Positions 40,612 through 50,050 of a stretch of 64,000 bases of DNA are shown here, piece after piece. A program made the translations under genes and the position numbers. Source of the stretch: an uncultured Clostridia bacterium (lineage in GTDB: Bacteria > Bacillota > Clostridia > Oscillospirales > Acutalibacteraceae); assembly GCA_947632045.1 (NCBI GenBank), contig CANRNQ010000005.1:27484-91483 (forward strand). Direction: 5' to 3'. The first letter of the stretch is position 1. Every line of letters starts with the position of its first letter. The notes below the pieces were generated by a model. It was not told the DNA's origin. It saw only the letters and a program-made list of their open reading frames with translations, and made no database searches.

Positions 40612-42069
40612 CTAAATCATGGGCGCCGCTCCGTCGTCCTCCTCCTTGAGCACGGGGAAAACAAGTATAACCGTCGTCCCCACACCCTCCGTGCTCTCGA
40701 TAGTGAGAGAACCGTTGTGAAGCTGCATTATCTCGTCGGCTACGGCAAGCCCTATGCCGCTGCCCCTTATCGTCTGATTTGCCTTGTAGAACTTTTCCTT
40801 TATCCTCGGCAAATGCTCGGCGGGAATCCCGCAGCCATTGTCGCTTATGGTGATCGTCACATTGTCCGCGTCGCTCGTAACCTGTATGCCGATAACGCCG
40901 CTCGACGGAGTGTATTTAAGCGCGTTGTCTATTATATTTATAAACACCTGCTTTATCCTGTTCTTGTCGCCCATAACAGGCGGGATAAAGTCCGGCTCGT
41001 CATAGAGCAGATGCTTGTTCTCACTCAGGGCGCGCTCCCTCAGCATATATATGGCCTCGTCAAGCTCGGCGAGCAGATCTATCTTGTCCATCATAAGCTG
41101 CATCCTGCCGTCCTGTATCCTCGAAAAGTCCAAAAGCTCCTCGACTATACCGGTCAGCCTCTCGGACTCGCCGACGATTACGCTCATGCCCTTGTTCATT
41201 ATCATAGGGTCATATGTGTCCACATCCCTCATGGTTTCCGCCCAGCCCTTTATCGCCGTGAGCGGCGTTCTGAGCTCGTGCGACACGGAGGATATAAAGT
41301 CGTTTTTCAGCTTTTCCGCCGCGGCAAGCTCATTAGCCATATAATTTATACTGTCGCTCAAATCGCCTATTTCGTCGTCGTACATCTTATCGACAGCCGT
41401 TTCAAAATCTCCCTCGGCTATCCGCCGCGCGGTCTTTGAAAGCTCCCTGACCGGCATAACGATAGAACGGATAAAATACGCGCCGGAATTTATAATAAAG
41501 TAAACTATGACGAGGGCGGCGAATATAATGGCGGAAACGGACACAAATATCTTCCTGTTCGCCGCCTCAAGCGATACTATATATCTTACCGCGCCTATCG
41601 TCTGCCCGCCTGTCGTTTCAATAACGCGCGTTACGGCCATAACGCTCTCTCCGCTGTTGAGCTTGCCGTTCCACACCGCGAACATATCGTCGCTTTCAAG
41701 CGCGCTTTCATAGTCGGGCATAGCCTCGTTTTCGTCCGGAAAAAAGCCCGTCGAGGTTATTATCACCTCTCCGTCCGAGTTGATAACAAGCAGCTCCATG
41801 AGCTCCTTGTCGGGAAAGGCGGCGACATAGCTGCGCGCCGTCTGTGCAAAGCTGTCGCCGTCGGCTGAGAGGTAGTACGTTCCAAAAAAATTCACAAGCT
41901 CGTTGCTGCGAACTGAAATAGTCTGCTGTATACCGTTGTAATAAAAGTTGCGTATTGCAAACGAAAGCGCGATAACGAGGAGTACAATGATAAATATGAA
42001 CACGCCTAAGGTGTTTACTATCCAACGCTTTGTTATACTGCCCTTGCGCCAGCTCTTAAGCCTTTTCAA
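40612..42069 (-). CDS. HAMP-domain sensor histidine kinase
   Basis: Two TM, HAMP, SHELRTPL, NALKY, DNGCGI, GSGIGL. Confidence 0.95.
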   Translation of the reverse strand: MKRLKSWRKGSITKRWIVNTLGVFIFIIVLLVIALSFAIRNFYYNGIQQTISVRSNELVNFFGTYYLSADGDSFAQTARSYVAAFPDKELMELLVINSDGEVIITSTGFFPDENEAMPDYESALESDDMFAVWNGKLNSGESVMAVTRVIETTGGQTIGAVRYIVSLEAANRKIFVSVSAIIFAALVIVYFIINSGAYFIRSIVMPVRELSKTARRIAEGDFETAVDKMYDDEIGDLSDSINYMANELAAAEKLKNDFISSVSHELRTPLTAIKGWAETMRDVDTYDPMIMNKGMSVIVGESERLTGIVEELLDFSRIQDGRMQLMMDKIDLLAELDEAIYMLRERALSENKHLLYDEPDFIPPVMGDKNRIKQVFINIIDNALKYTPSSGVIGIQVTSDADNVTITISDNGCGIPAEHLPRIKEKFYKANQTIRGSGIGLAVADEIMQLHNGSLTIESTEGVGTTVILVFPVLKEEDDGAAPMI

Positions 42070-42101
42070 TGCATCTCCCCCTCTCGCAATTTTAATAGTC
42101 C

Positions 42102-42833
42102 TTACTTTCCGCTTCTCTTGTTTTCAGCGTCCCATTTATAGCCAAGCCCCCACACTGTAACTATATATTTCGGGTTGCTCGGCTCGTCCTCTATCTTCAT
42201 TCTCAGCCTGCGTATATTAACGTCCACGATTTTTTCCTCGCCGACATAAGCCTCGCCCCAGACGTGGTTAAGAATATCGGTTCTGTCAAGAGCAACGCCC
42301 GGATTTGAGAAGAAGTATTCCATTATCTGAAATTCGACCTGAGTAAGCTCTATCATCTTGCCGTTTTTGAGTAGAGCGCGGTTGCGCAAATTCAATATGA
42401 AGTCGCCCGACTCAAGCTCCTCCTTGTAGCTCGCCTTATTTCTCTCCTGCGCGAGCATCACTCGGCGATGGAGAGAGTCCACCCTTGCGACAAGCTCCGA
42501 CGGGCTGAACGGCTTTGTGACATAGTCGTCGGCGCCGAGCATCAGCCCCGTTACCTTGTCCATTTCCTGAGTTTTCGCCGTAAGCATTATTATTCCTATG
42601 CCTCCGTTGCGGCTGCGAAGCTCCTTGCATACGGTAAAGCCGTCTATTCCGGGCATCATTATATCAAGAATGGCAACGTCGAAATCCCCGTTGTGCTCCT
42701 CGTATTTTTTCAGCGCCTCCTCGCCGCAGTCCGCCTCGACTACGCTGTAGCCCGCTCTCGTTAGATTTATAACTACAAAATCGCGAATGACCGCCTCGTC
42801 CTCACATACAAGTATCTTTTTCATTTGACCCAT
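42102..42833 (-). CDS. OmpR-family response regulator
   Basis: LDIMMP, GADDYVTKPF, IVTVWGLGY. Confidence 0.95.
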   Translation of the reverse strand: MGQMKKILVCEDEAVIRDFVVINLTRAGYSVVEADCGEEALKKYEEHNGDFDVAILDIMMPGIDGFTVCKELRSRNGGIGIIMLTAKTQEMDKVTGLMLGADDYVTKPFSPSELVARVDSLHRRVMLAQERNKASYKEELESGDFILNLRNRALLKNGKMIELTQVEFQIMEYFFSNPGVALDRTDILNHVWGEAYVGEEKIVDVNIRRLRMKIEDEPSNPKYIVTVWGLGYKWDAENKRSGK

Positions 42834-42857
42834 CCTCTCATATCACATGGCAAAAAA

Positions 42858-44264
42858 TTATTTATTATTTATCATCACAAAATAATCGGGTATCTTGTTC
42901 AGCGACATCGCTATACCCTTTGTGTTTTTTGTTTCGGCGGGGATATTCACCGCGTAAACGCTCTCGCCGTAATCGCCTATCTCTATATAATCCTTGCTCT
43001 GCGACGCCGTCCACTCCTGCGCCGTAAACACCTGGATAGTCAAAAGCCTGTCGCCAAGGCTGCCGCTTGGAGCCGAGCCGTCTGCGTCGTCGCTATCTTC
43101 GTCCTGCTTCTGCTCGTTCCACATATAAAACGTAATTGCGTTTCCAAGCCGAGATCCTCTCGCCGTAGTCCTGTCCTTCCATTCCGCCGGAATAATGAAG
43201 TAATAGCCAAGCTGCATATCCGTCACCGTTTCAAGTATGGGCGACAGCTCCCCTTTTTCCGGATCAAAGTGGTTCCAGGTCGTCTGAAAAGCCACAAGGT
43301 TAACGTTTTCGGCTGCATTGTGCGGCATAAGCGCCATCGTAGGTATCTCTATCAATCCGTCCGAATTAATGTCGGCGCACAAATTATCAAAGGAGCTTCT
43401 AATCGACGGATTATTCGCCATGCTGCTCATCTGGGTGTTAAGCGGATTTGCGAGGCTCGCCTTTTTCTTGTCCCAATATATAAACTGTGTTTCGCTCTGG
43501 TTGTTTACATTGATAGTGTCGGCGAAAACTCCCGCCTGATCCTTGGTCGCCCTGCCAAAGCTCAGATTGAGGTAGACGTTGGCGTAATTGCTCATAGCGA
43601 CCGAGGAGCGGGTGAATATCGTGTTTGTTTCGCTGTTGTACTGGAGCATCTTTGCGTTTGCGTCGGCGTTTTGATCGACGACCGAAAAAATCATTATGCT
43701 GTTTTTACCCTCGCCCGTCATATCCGCTATCAGAAATTGATTGAACGTGTCCTCCACCTTTAGCTCTGCCGTAGTCTTTTTGCCCACGACATAGGCGCCG
43801 AGGGTACACAAATTGCCCGAGCCGTTGTTCCAGCTTACAACCACCTCGTTTGTGCCGTCGCCTGTTATATCGCCTATCTCTACCTTATCCACCTCGCTGC
43901 TGCGACTTGTATAATCGCCCATATCTCTCCAATCGCCGGAGAAATTCTTTATCAAAAGTATATGCGCCGTTTCCTTGTTGCCCGAAGGCTTGTAAAAGAC
44001 TATCGCTTCCTCCGTTTTGTCGCCGTCGAGGTCCTCGTATATTATTGCGGAGCGGTAGCTTCCGTTTTGCGGATATTTCAGCGTGTAGTCGCCGCCCGCC
44101 TTATGCTCGATAATGCTCTGTATCTTCGCCTTGTCGCCCGTCGTCTTTGGCGGACGCAGCAGGTTCGAGTTGTCAAAGCCGCTCGAGGTACAGCCCGTAA
44201 GCATCAGCAGAGCAAGCGACAAGACAGCCGCAAGCGCTCTCAGCCTTTTATTGATCTTTTTCAT
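42858..44264 (-). CDS. Lipoprotein with DxDGD (FG-GAP/VCBS-like) repeats, co-oriented with the two-component system
   Basis: LTGC lipobox; DLDGD, DITGDG, DINSDG repeats. Confidence 0.75.
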   Translation of the reverse strand: MKKINKRLRALAAVLSLALLMLTGCTSSGFDNSNLLRPPKTTGDKAKIQSIIEHKAGGDYTLKYPQNGSYRSAIIYEDLDGDKTEEAIVFYKPSGNKETAHILLIKNFSGDWRDMGDYTSRSSEVDKVEIGDITGDGTNEVVVSWNNGSGNLCTLGAYVVGKKTTAELKVEDTFNQFLIADMTGEGKNSIMIFSVVDQNADANAKMLQYNSETNTIFTRSSVAMSNYANVYLNLSFGRATKDQAGVFADTINVNNQSETQFIYWDKKKASLANPLNTQMSSMANNPSIRSSFDNLCADINSDGLIEIPTMALMPHNAAENVNLVAFQTTWNHFDPEKGELSPILETVTDMQLGYYFIIPAEWKDRTTARGSRLGNAITFYMWNEQKQDEDSDDADGSAPSGSLGDRLLTIQVFTAQEWTASQSKDYIEIGDYGESVYAVNIPAETKNTKGIAMSLNKIPDYFVMINNK

Positions 44265-44329
44265 ATATCCGCCCCCTTTCCGGCAGCGCTTTATAACCTT
44301 TGCAGCGCCGCTTATAGCCGTCTTTTGAT

Positions 44330-45007
44330 TTACCTTTTATTTCTTGCGAAGCAGCAGTAGGTCGGTCTGCCCATTTCAGTAAACATCTTCTCATGCTCCG
44401 TCATATAATTCACAAAGCCGTCCGGCAGTCTGTCCTCCGGCTCGCCGTGCAGATCCTCGGACTTAAAAAATATTTCATAGCCGCAGAGGTCAAAGTACTC
44501 AAGACTCTCCCTGAAAAGCTCCTCGTCGTCCGTTTTAAAGCGTATCTCGCCGCCGTCGATTAGAAACTCCTTATACATATTCAGCTTTCGCGGAAATGTC
44601 AGTCTGCGCTTTTTGTGTTTTTCCCTTGGCCATGGATTGCAGAAGTTTATGTATATTCTCTCCACTCTGTCCTCCGGCCTCAGCACCCTGTCTATCTGCT
44701 CGACATTGTACGCCGCGAGTATCACGTTGTCCGCCTCTCGCCCCTTATCCTCAAACTGCTTTACTATCGTGCGCCTGGCCACTCCGAGCATATCGCTCTT
44801 TATATCTATCGCAAGGAAGTTTATATCGGGATTGTCGAACGCGCACTGTGCGACGAAGCTGCCCTTTCCGCAGCCCAGCTCAACATGGAGCGGCTGTTCC
44901 CTTTTAAATTCTCTTTTCCATTTTCCCGCGCTCGCCTCGGGCGATTTCGAATAAAATTCGCACCTGTCAAGCTCCGGCTGAGCCCATTTCTTTTTTCTTA
45001 TCCTCAT
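44330..45007 (-). CDS. trmB: tRNA (guanine-N7)-methyltransferase
   Basis: ELGCGKG, NFCNPWP..KH.KRRL, FKTD, TEHE. Confidence 0.93.
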   Translation of the reverse strand: MRIRKKKWAQPELDRCEFYSKSPEASAGKWKREFKREQPLHVELGCGKGSFVAQCAFDNPDINFLAIDIKSDMLGVARRTIVKQFEDKGREADNVILAAYNVEQIDRVLRPEDRVERIYINFCNPWPREKHKKRRLTFPRKLNMYKEFLIDGGEIRFKTDDEELFRESLEYFDLCGYEIFFKSEDLHGEPEDRLPDGFVNYMTEHEKMFTEMGRPTYCCFARNKR

Positions 45008-45259
45008 TCATTCCACCGTTTGCTTTTATCGCGCGTCGCTTTGCACCGGATAGTCGGCGCGTCGGCTATGCGCTCAGAACTTTAAATCACTTTATTATAT
45101 CAAAATATTTATGATATTTCAACGTGAGAAGAAATAATTAACAAATATTTTTAATTGTTGCCCTCGTCGAAGTTTTTTCATCTGAGCAAAGCAAACTGTA
45201 ACACATTTGCCGCCTGTAAATATAATGATAATGTAACCAACGAAAGGAGGAAAACGACA

Positions 45260-45379
45260 ATGTGTGGATTTGGCAATAACTGCTGCTCATGGATAATTCT
45301 TCTTGTTATTCTCTTCAGCTGCTGCGGTAACAACGGCGTAAGCGAAGCATCTAACAACGGTTGCGGCTGCGGCTGCTAA
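45260..45379 (+). CDS. Small Cys/Gly-rich membrane peptide (39 aa), probably spore-associated
   Basis: Strong SD AAAGGAGG; MCGFGNNCCSWIILLVILFSCCGNNGVSEASNNGCGCGC; own terminator. Confidence 0.75.
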   Translation: MCGFGNNCCSWIILLVILFSCCGNNGVSEASNNGCGCGC

Positions 45380-45392
45380 TAAAGCGGCCAAC

Positions 45393-45435
45393 AAAGGCGG
45401 CGGAGGGCTTTCCTCCGCCGCCTGCTTTATTTTTG
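45393..45435 (+). terminator. Terminator after the Cys-rich peptide gene
   Basis: AGGCGGCGGAGG-GCTTT-CCTCCGCCGCCT then a T-rich run. Confidence 0.75.
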
Positions 45436-45454
45436 GGCTGCGCCCTAAGACTGC

Positions 45455-46260
45455 TTTTGGGCTGCGCCCTAAAACTGCCGCTCGTTAACCGCAGCCATGC
45501 CGACTTGCGCCGTCACGGCTGCTACTTAAAATTATAGTTTATTTAGGGGGAGCTGGTGCTCCCCCTAAGACCCCCACCTTCCGCTCAAAGTATTGTTTTT
45601 GATTTTAACTATTTGCACCGCTTTAATGCTCCTCTCACTCACTCAAAGGTTTATTTTTAATTTAACTGTTTTCTCCGCTTTCTGCGACGGAATTAATTTA
45701 TTTTTGGCTTGCGCCCTAAAACTGCCGCTCGTTGACCGCAGCCACGCCGACTTGCGCCGTCACGGCTGCTACTTAAAATTATAGTTTATTTAGGGGGAGC
45801 TGGTGCTCCCCCTAAGACCCCCACCTTCCGCTCAAAGTATTGTTTTTGATTTTAACTATTTGCACCGCTTTAATGCTCCTCTCACTCACTCAAAGGTTTA
45901 TTTTTAATTTAACTGTTTTCTCCGCTTTCTGCGACGGAATTAATTTATTTTTGGCTTGCGCCCTAAAACTGCCGCTCGTTGACCGCAGCCACGCCGACTT
46001 GCGCCGTCACGGCTGCTACTTAAAATTATAGTTTATTTAGGGGGAGCTGGTGCTCCCCCTAAGACCCCCACCTTCCGCTCAAAGTATTGTTTTTGATTTT
46101 AACTATTTGCACCGCTTTAATGCTCCTCTCACTCACTCAAAGGTTTATTTTTGATTTAACTATTTGCGCCGCTTTAATGCTTCGCTTGCTTGCTAAAAAG
46201 TTTATTTTTTTGATTTGACTGTTTGCGCCGTTCACAATCTCCCGACTCTCTCAAAGGATT
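45455..46260. repeat. 247-bp tandem repeat (about 2.8 copies) with trailing ~57-bp degenerate sub-repeats
   Basis: GCGCCCTAAAACTGCCG recurs at 45464, 45711 and 45958; near-identical units to about 46152. Confidence 0.92.
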
Positions 46261-46521
46261 TTAGCAGCAGGGAGCGGAGATAAAAACAAATACTTGAGAG
46301 GGCGAGGGGGCAACGGGGGAGTGGATCTCCCCCGCATTATATCTAATATTAAGGCAGCAGCTTTACCGGCGGGGGTCGGCAAAGCTGCGGTCGGCGAGCC
46401 GCCAAAATAAAAACACCGCTTCGAGCTCTTGCGGTGCGGCTCCAAAAATGCAATAATATTATCAAGTCATATACGGACAAGCAACAAAAAGCCTTATCGA
46501 AGGCAAGGAGGCGGCAGCATA

Positions 46522-47019
46522 ATGGAAGTACATAACATTGACCCGGTGTGGGATAAAAATTCAAAAATACTTATATTGGGCTCGTTCCCATCGGTGAAAT
46601 CGAGGGAGGTTAAATTCTTTTACGGTCACCCGCAAAACAGATTTTGGCGAGTGCTGTCGAGTCTGACAGGCTCTCCAATTTCCGAAAGCACAGACGACAA
46701 AAAAAGACTTCTCCTTGATAACCGCATAGCCCTTTGGGACGTGATTTCAAGCTGCGAGATAACAGGCTCGAGCGACAGCTCGATCAAAAACGCCGTTCCG
46801 AACGACCTTACCCCTATTATACGCGGCAGCGATATAAAGCAGGTATTCACAAACGGGGGAACAGCCGACAGGCTGTATAAAAAATACTGCCTCGACAGTG
46901 TAAAAATACCGTCGCTAAAGCTCCCCTCGACAAGCCCCGCGAACGCTGCATACAGCCTTGAACGGCTTAAAGACGAGTGGAAAATTATCCTCTCCTTCAT
47001 CGGACAAAAGCCCGAATAA
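46522..47019 (+). CDS. DNA-deoxyinosine (hypoxanthine) glycosylase, UDG superfamily
   Basis: LILGSFPS..S, YGHPQNRFW, LWDV, LPSTSPAN. Confidence 0.88.
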   Translation: MEVHNIDPVWDKNSKILILGSFPSVKSREVKFFYGHPQNRFWRVLSSLTGSPISESTDDKKRLLLDNRIALWDVISSCEITGSSDSSIKNAVPNDLTPIIRGSDIKQVFTNGGTADRLYKKYCLDSVKIPSLKLPSTSPANAAYSLERLKDEWKIILSFIGQKPE

Positions 47020-47136
47020 GTGCCGCCGCAACCGCAGGTTGCGGGCACTGGAAGCTAGAATATATAGCGCGCATTTTGCCCGAATGATATAATTAGCGTA
47101 CAAAGCAAATCAAACCATATGCCCCGGGAGGATAAA

Positions 47137-47889
47137 ATGAATATTGAAACCGCGAATAAATTATTGCGATACAGAAAAATGCACTCTCTGTCGCAGGAAC
47201 AGCTTGCTGAAAAAATAGGAGTCAGTCGACAGGCAGTATCGAAATGGGAGAGGGCTGAAGCGTCGCCCGACACCGACAATCTTATTCTTTTGGCTAAAAT
47301 CTACGGAATAACTATAGACGAGCTCATTACCGGCAGTGAAAAAGCTAACAACGACGATATATCCGCTTCCGCCGGCAATACGGACGATGCGGGCAAACAA
47401 TCAAGCGGCAATGGCGCTTATATAAGCACAGGCATATCCTCCGGCGGTTCAAGGCTCAGCGCGGACAAGGGCGATATGCCTCTTGACGAAAACGTCGGGC
47501 AAGAAGTCCACGCCGATGAGTCCGTTCATACTTCCAACGGCGATAAACTAAGCCGCAAGAGGGGAAATAAAAAAAGCCTGTGGTACAGCCTTCCGTACCC
47601 GATATTCGCCCTTATTATCTTTCTCCTGTGGGGCTTTTTCGGCTTTGCCGGCGGTTTTTACCGCGCTTGGCTCATTTTTTTGACCGTACCGCTTTATTAC
47701 ACCTTGGCGGAGGCAATAATAAAAAGAAAGCCGAGCAAATTCTGTTACCCCGTTTTGGCTGTAATATTCTTTTTCGTTTGGGGATTCTGGGGAGGCTCTG
47801 TCGGCGGATTTTCCATATCCTGGATATTTTTCCTCACAATACCGATTTATTACTGCATATGCTCGGCACTCGAGGGTAACGCAAAATGA
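47137..47889 (+). CDS. XRE-family HTH regulator with C-terminal TM segments
   Basis: LSQEQLAEKIGVSRQAVSKWE; duplicated hydrophobic YP..W..FLT.P.YY hairpins. Confidence 0.85.
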   Translation: MNIETANKLLRYRKMHSLSQEQLAEKIGVSRQAVSKWERAEASPDTDNLILLAKIYGITIDELITGSEKANNDDISASAGNTDDAGKQSSGNGAYISTGISSGGSRLSADKGDMPLDENVGQEVHADESVHTSNGDKLSRKRGNKKSLWYSLPYPIFALIIFLLWGFFGFAGGFYRAWLIFLTVPLYYTLAEAIIKRKPSKFCYPVLAVIFFFVWGFWGGSVGGFSISWIFFLTIPIYYCICSALEGNAK

Positions 47890-48001
47890 CCTGCCGGAGC
47901 AATTTTTCTCCCCGAAGGGAAACTAAGTCCCTTTGACAAATGCCCGCAGCCGCGCCGCCTTGCAGCGCGACCGCAGGTATAGGAACAGCCCTTCGCTATT
48001 T

Positions 48002-48646
48002 TTATCCTCTGCTCTTGAAGTCCTTCTCGATTTTCTCGCTCCATCCGACCGGTATATTTGCAGACTTCCTTACGTTGTACACAGCCTCCGACACCGTATT
48101 GAACACTACGGCTGTACCCTCTCCATCGGCGCGGTAATTGACAGCGCGATTCGCCCCTATTCCAAAGCCCTTTGCAGTTTCCACGGAGTCGATATTCGCC
48201 CCGATAAAGAGGAACTCCCAGCCGTATTTCTCCTTTTGCCTTTCTATCATCCTTTTGACCTCGTCACTGCTGAAAATATGGCTCGAATTTTCAAGCCCGT
48301 CGGTCATTATTACGAATACCGTGTGCTCCGGCACATCCTCCGCCCTTGCGTACTTGTGTATGTTGGCTATGTGCTTTACAGCCCCGCCGATAGCGTCTAT
48401 CAGGGCCGTACTGCCGCGCACAACGTAATCCTTCGAAGTCATTTCTTCGATTTTTTCAAGTCTTACGCGGTCGTGCAGTACTATGCTCTCATGATCGAAA
48501 AGTATTGTCGACACATAACACTCGCCGTCCTGACTCCTCTGCTTTTTGATGAGCGAATTAAATCCGCCAATCGTGTCGCCCTCAAGCCCCGACATTGAAC
48601 CGCTTCTGTCCAAAATGAATACTAACTCCGTGATGTTGTTTTTCAT
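48002..48646 (-). CDS. vWA domain protein
   Basis: FILDRSGSM MIDAS, TALIDA, MTDG.EN.S. Confidence 0.9.
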   Translation of the reverse strand: MKNNITELVFILDRSGSMSGLEGDTIGGFNSLIKKQRSQDGECYVSTILFDHESIVLHDRVRLEKIEEMTSKDYVVRGSTALIDAIGGAVKHIANIHKYARAEDVPEHTVFVIMTDGLENSSHIFSSDEVKRMIERQKEKYGWEFLFIGANIDSVETAKGFGIGANRAVNYRADGEGTAVVFNTVSEAVYNVRKSANIPVGWSEKIEKDFKSRG

Positions 48647-48747
48647 ACATATTACCTCCTGAAAATAAAATGTGATCGCAGGCTTTTTTACCCTACGATC
48701 ACATTTTACATTTATTATAATTTATTTGGTCGCCTGAGAGGCGACAT

Positions 48748-49776
48748 TTACGCCCCGAGCAGGGGTTGGTCAAAGGCAAACAGCGCCTCGTTTATCTCAA
48801 AGACATTGTAATTCTCGTTCGTTATGAAGTATTCGATTATTATGTCGAATCTGCTGCTGTGCGACAGCGCAAAGCCCGCCTTCATAAGCATATCCTTCGC
48901 CTCCCCAAGCGGAAGCTCAAGGGCTATTGCAAAGGCTATCGCCGTCTGCTTGCTCGGTCTGTAAAGACGGTCGCCGCGTATTTTTGAGAACAGCTTGCGG
49001 TCGATGTTCGCCTTCTTGTAGCACTGAGCATCGGTCATTCCCTTTTCGTCTATCTTTCTCAGCAGCATTTCGGAAAAGCTCTCGTCCGTCTGCTTCAGCG
49101 CCTCCTCCAGCGAGAGCGCCTTTGTCGGCTTGGCCGGTCTGCGGAGCTGCGCGAGATTTGCCGCAGCAGGATATAAAATCTGGGTTTCGCCCAAGACCGC
49201 GCTTTCTCCGCTTTCGCCTCTGCCGGAAAATCTAAACTTGAAATTTGCATCGACATATTTATCGTCTATAAACGACGAGATATCCGCAAAGAGCTTTTCG
49301 CTTATGCGAAATGAGGATCTGTCAAACACGACTATATAAACGAGCATATCGTGCTCCGTCAGGAACTCCGTTATGCTGTCCACCGCAACTCTCAGCGCCT
49401 GCTCCTTAGGGTAGCCGTAAACGCCGGAGGAGATGAGCGGAAACGCGAGAGTTTCGCAGCCGTGCTCCAGTGCCGTCGTCAGGGAGTTTCTGTAACAGCT
49501 TTTAAGCAGCGCTTCTTCGTTGTTTTGTCCTCCGCGCCACACGGGGCCTACCGTATGGATAACATATTTGCACGGCAGATCGTAGGCTCCCGTCAGCTTT
49601 GCCTCTCCCGTTTTACAGCCTCCCAAAGTGCGGCATTCCTCGAGCAGTCCCGACCCCGCCGCCTCGTGAATGGCTCCGTCTACGCCTCCGCCGCCGAGCA
49701 GCGTGGGGTTCGCGGCGTTCACTATCGCGTCGCATTTCATTTTTGTTATATCGTTTCGCACGATTTGAACAGGCAT
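48748..49776 (-). CDS. Macrodomain (O-acetyl-ADP-ribose deacetylase-like) protein fused to a C-terminal HTH-like domain
   Basis: DIT, AIVNAAN..LLGGGGVDGAIH, VIHTVGP, FPLISSGVYGYP; C-terminal YKKANIDRKLFSKI..PSKQTAIAFAIAL. Confidence 0.88.
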   Translation of the reverse strand: MPVQIVRNDITKMKCDAIVNAANPTLLGGGGVDGAIHEAAGSGLLEECRTLGGCKTGEAKLTGAYDLPCKYVIHTVGPVWRGGQNNEEALLKSCYRNSLTTALEHGCETLAFPLISSGVYGYPKEQALRVAVDSITEFLTEHDMLVYIVVFDRSSFRISEKLFADISSFIDDKYVDANFKFRFSGRGESGESAVLGETQILYPAAANLAQLRRPAKPTKALSLEEALKQTDESFSEMLLRKIDEKGMTDAQCYKKANIDRKLFSKIRGDRLYRPSKQTAIAFAIALELPLGEAKDMLMKAGFALSHSSRFDIIIEYFITNENYNVFEINEALFAFDQPLLGA

Positions 49777-49841
49777 TGTAATTCCTCCTGAGAGTCGGGC
49801 TGCCGCGCGGCCCGTTTTTATTTTGTGCTTTGACAAAGCTC

Positions 49842-49987
49842 GTTCGGGCGGCGACCGCTTCGCTCCGCCCTGCGGGCGGAGCGAAGCAAAAAACGCGGCG
49901 GGAGGCTCCCCCGTAACAGAGGAAGGGCTCTGCCCTGCCGCGTTTTTTCGCCCGCGCCCGCGGGCGCGGGCGGGTCGCCGCCCGAAC
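49842..49987. repeat. Nested inverted-doublet palindromic element, copy 3 (opposite orientation)
   Basis: 15-bp IR GTTCGGGCGGCGACC / GGTCGCCGCCCGAAC; AAAAAACGCGGC / GCCGCGTTTTTT; two hairpins. Confidence 0.85.
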
Positions 49988-50050
49988 CCCTGTCACGCGC
50001 TCAACCCCGCCTAAACAAGGGCGCGGCAGCAATGGGCGCGATGCTCAAGC

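Noticed and set aside
45593-46031. Two identical 63-aa ORFs in the track
   Set aside because: By-products of the tandem repeat; TTG starts without an SD, crossing hairpin modules
45455-46260. CRISPR array
   Set aside because: Units are 247 bp and near-identical with no unique spacers; the sub-repeats are degenerate with ~18-nt related linkers; no cas genes in the window
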